From: the human T2T-CHM13v2.0 reference genome, Homo sapiens
DNA: 64,000 nucleotides
Direction: 5' to 3' (one strand)
NCBI RefSeq assembly: GCF_009914755.1
Contig: NC_060925.1
The notes under the pieces were generated by a model, which saw only the letters and a program-made list of their open reading frames with translations, was not told where the DNA came from and did no database searches. The translations under genes and the position numbers were made by a program. Shown piece by piece: positions 63,393-64,000 of the stretch; position 1 is the first letter of the stretch; each line of letters begins with the position of its first letter.

Positions 63393-63879
63393 TCTGCTAT
63401 TTGTCACTAGAATATTGGGCACTGTACTATACGTGGGAGAAACAGTGGTGAACAAAGTAAATAATTTCATGAAGTTTTCTGTCAGTGAGATTCAGTGTAC
63501 ACATGTGAAAGACATAAGAATTATGTAACATACCATAGTAATTAAGAAGAATGAAATATATCTATAAATATCAACATGCATAAATTTCAAAAATATGTTG
63601 TTTACAACAGAAATGGTATAATATTTCTGTAAATGAAAAACATACACAGTGCAATACTACATTATTATTAATGTAGTTTGTGTGTGTGTGTTTAAGTATT
63701 AAGAATGAATTTTAAGTATGTAAATCAAACTCATGATAGTGTTTCTCTTACATCAGTGCTGCAAGCAAATAGGACTAGGAATAGAGATCAAAGTAGCCTC
63801 CACACAGAAGAAAACACTGGAAGGAAATGAAATTAAATGTTAATTAATTCTAGGTTGTGGATCATTTTGTTATAGTCTT

Positions 63880-64000
63880 TGTGATGGTTAATTTTAGGTA
63901 GCAAGGTGACTGGATTAAGCGATGCCTAGATAGCCAGTAAAGCATTATATCTGGGTGTGTCTCTAAAGGTGTTTCCAGAAGATATTGGCATTTGAATCAG
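63880..64000 (+). mobile_element. MLT2 (ERVL) LTR 5' end, cut by the window edge
   Basis: TGTGATGGTTAATTTTA..GACTGGATTAAG..ATGCCTAGATAGC..TAAAGCATTAT..CTGGGTGTGTCT. Confidence 0.85.

Overview
AT-rich, CpG-depleted primate (catarrhine, most likely human) intergenic or intronic DNA. I recognise no host protein-coding exon, RNA gene or CRISPR-like array. The ORFs in the supplied track are either chance frames or decayed transposon frames. Main elements: (1) a two-LTR HERV-H provirus (LTR7, 25661-31920) with GAATA target-site duplication, tRNA-His PBS, decayed gag/pro/pol and deleted RT core and env, inserted into an L2. (2) A much older two-LTR ERVL provirus on the minus strand (~7836-11387), nested in an old L1 and carrying an MLT1A. 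(3) A near full-length Hsmar1 mariner (44321-45614). (4) Solo LTRs (LTR1, MER41, LTR33, THE1/MST, MLT1, MLT2), five Alus, a truncated L1PB, MER2, MER103, MIR/L2/CR1 relics and microsatellites. The least expected pattern is several short segments that appear copied from 1-2 kb away and pasted into unrelated sequence (174, 48 and 28 bp), plus an end-less MER41 fragment inside a (TTCC)n tract. I cannot establish a new biological system from this sequence. Repeat subfamily names come from recalled consensus sequences and need RepeatMasker/Dfam confirmation.
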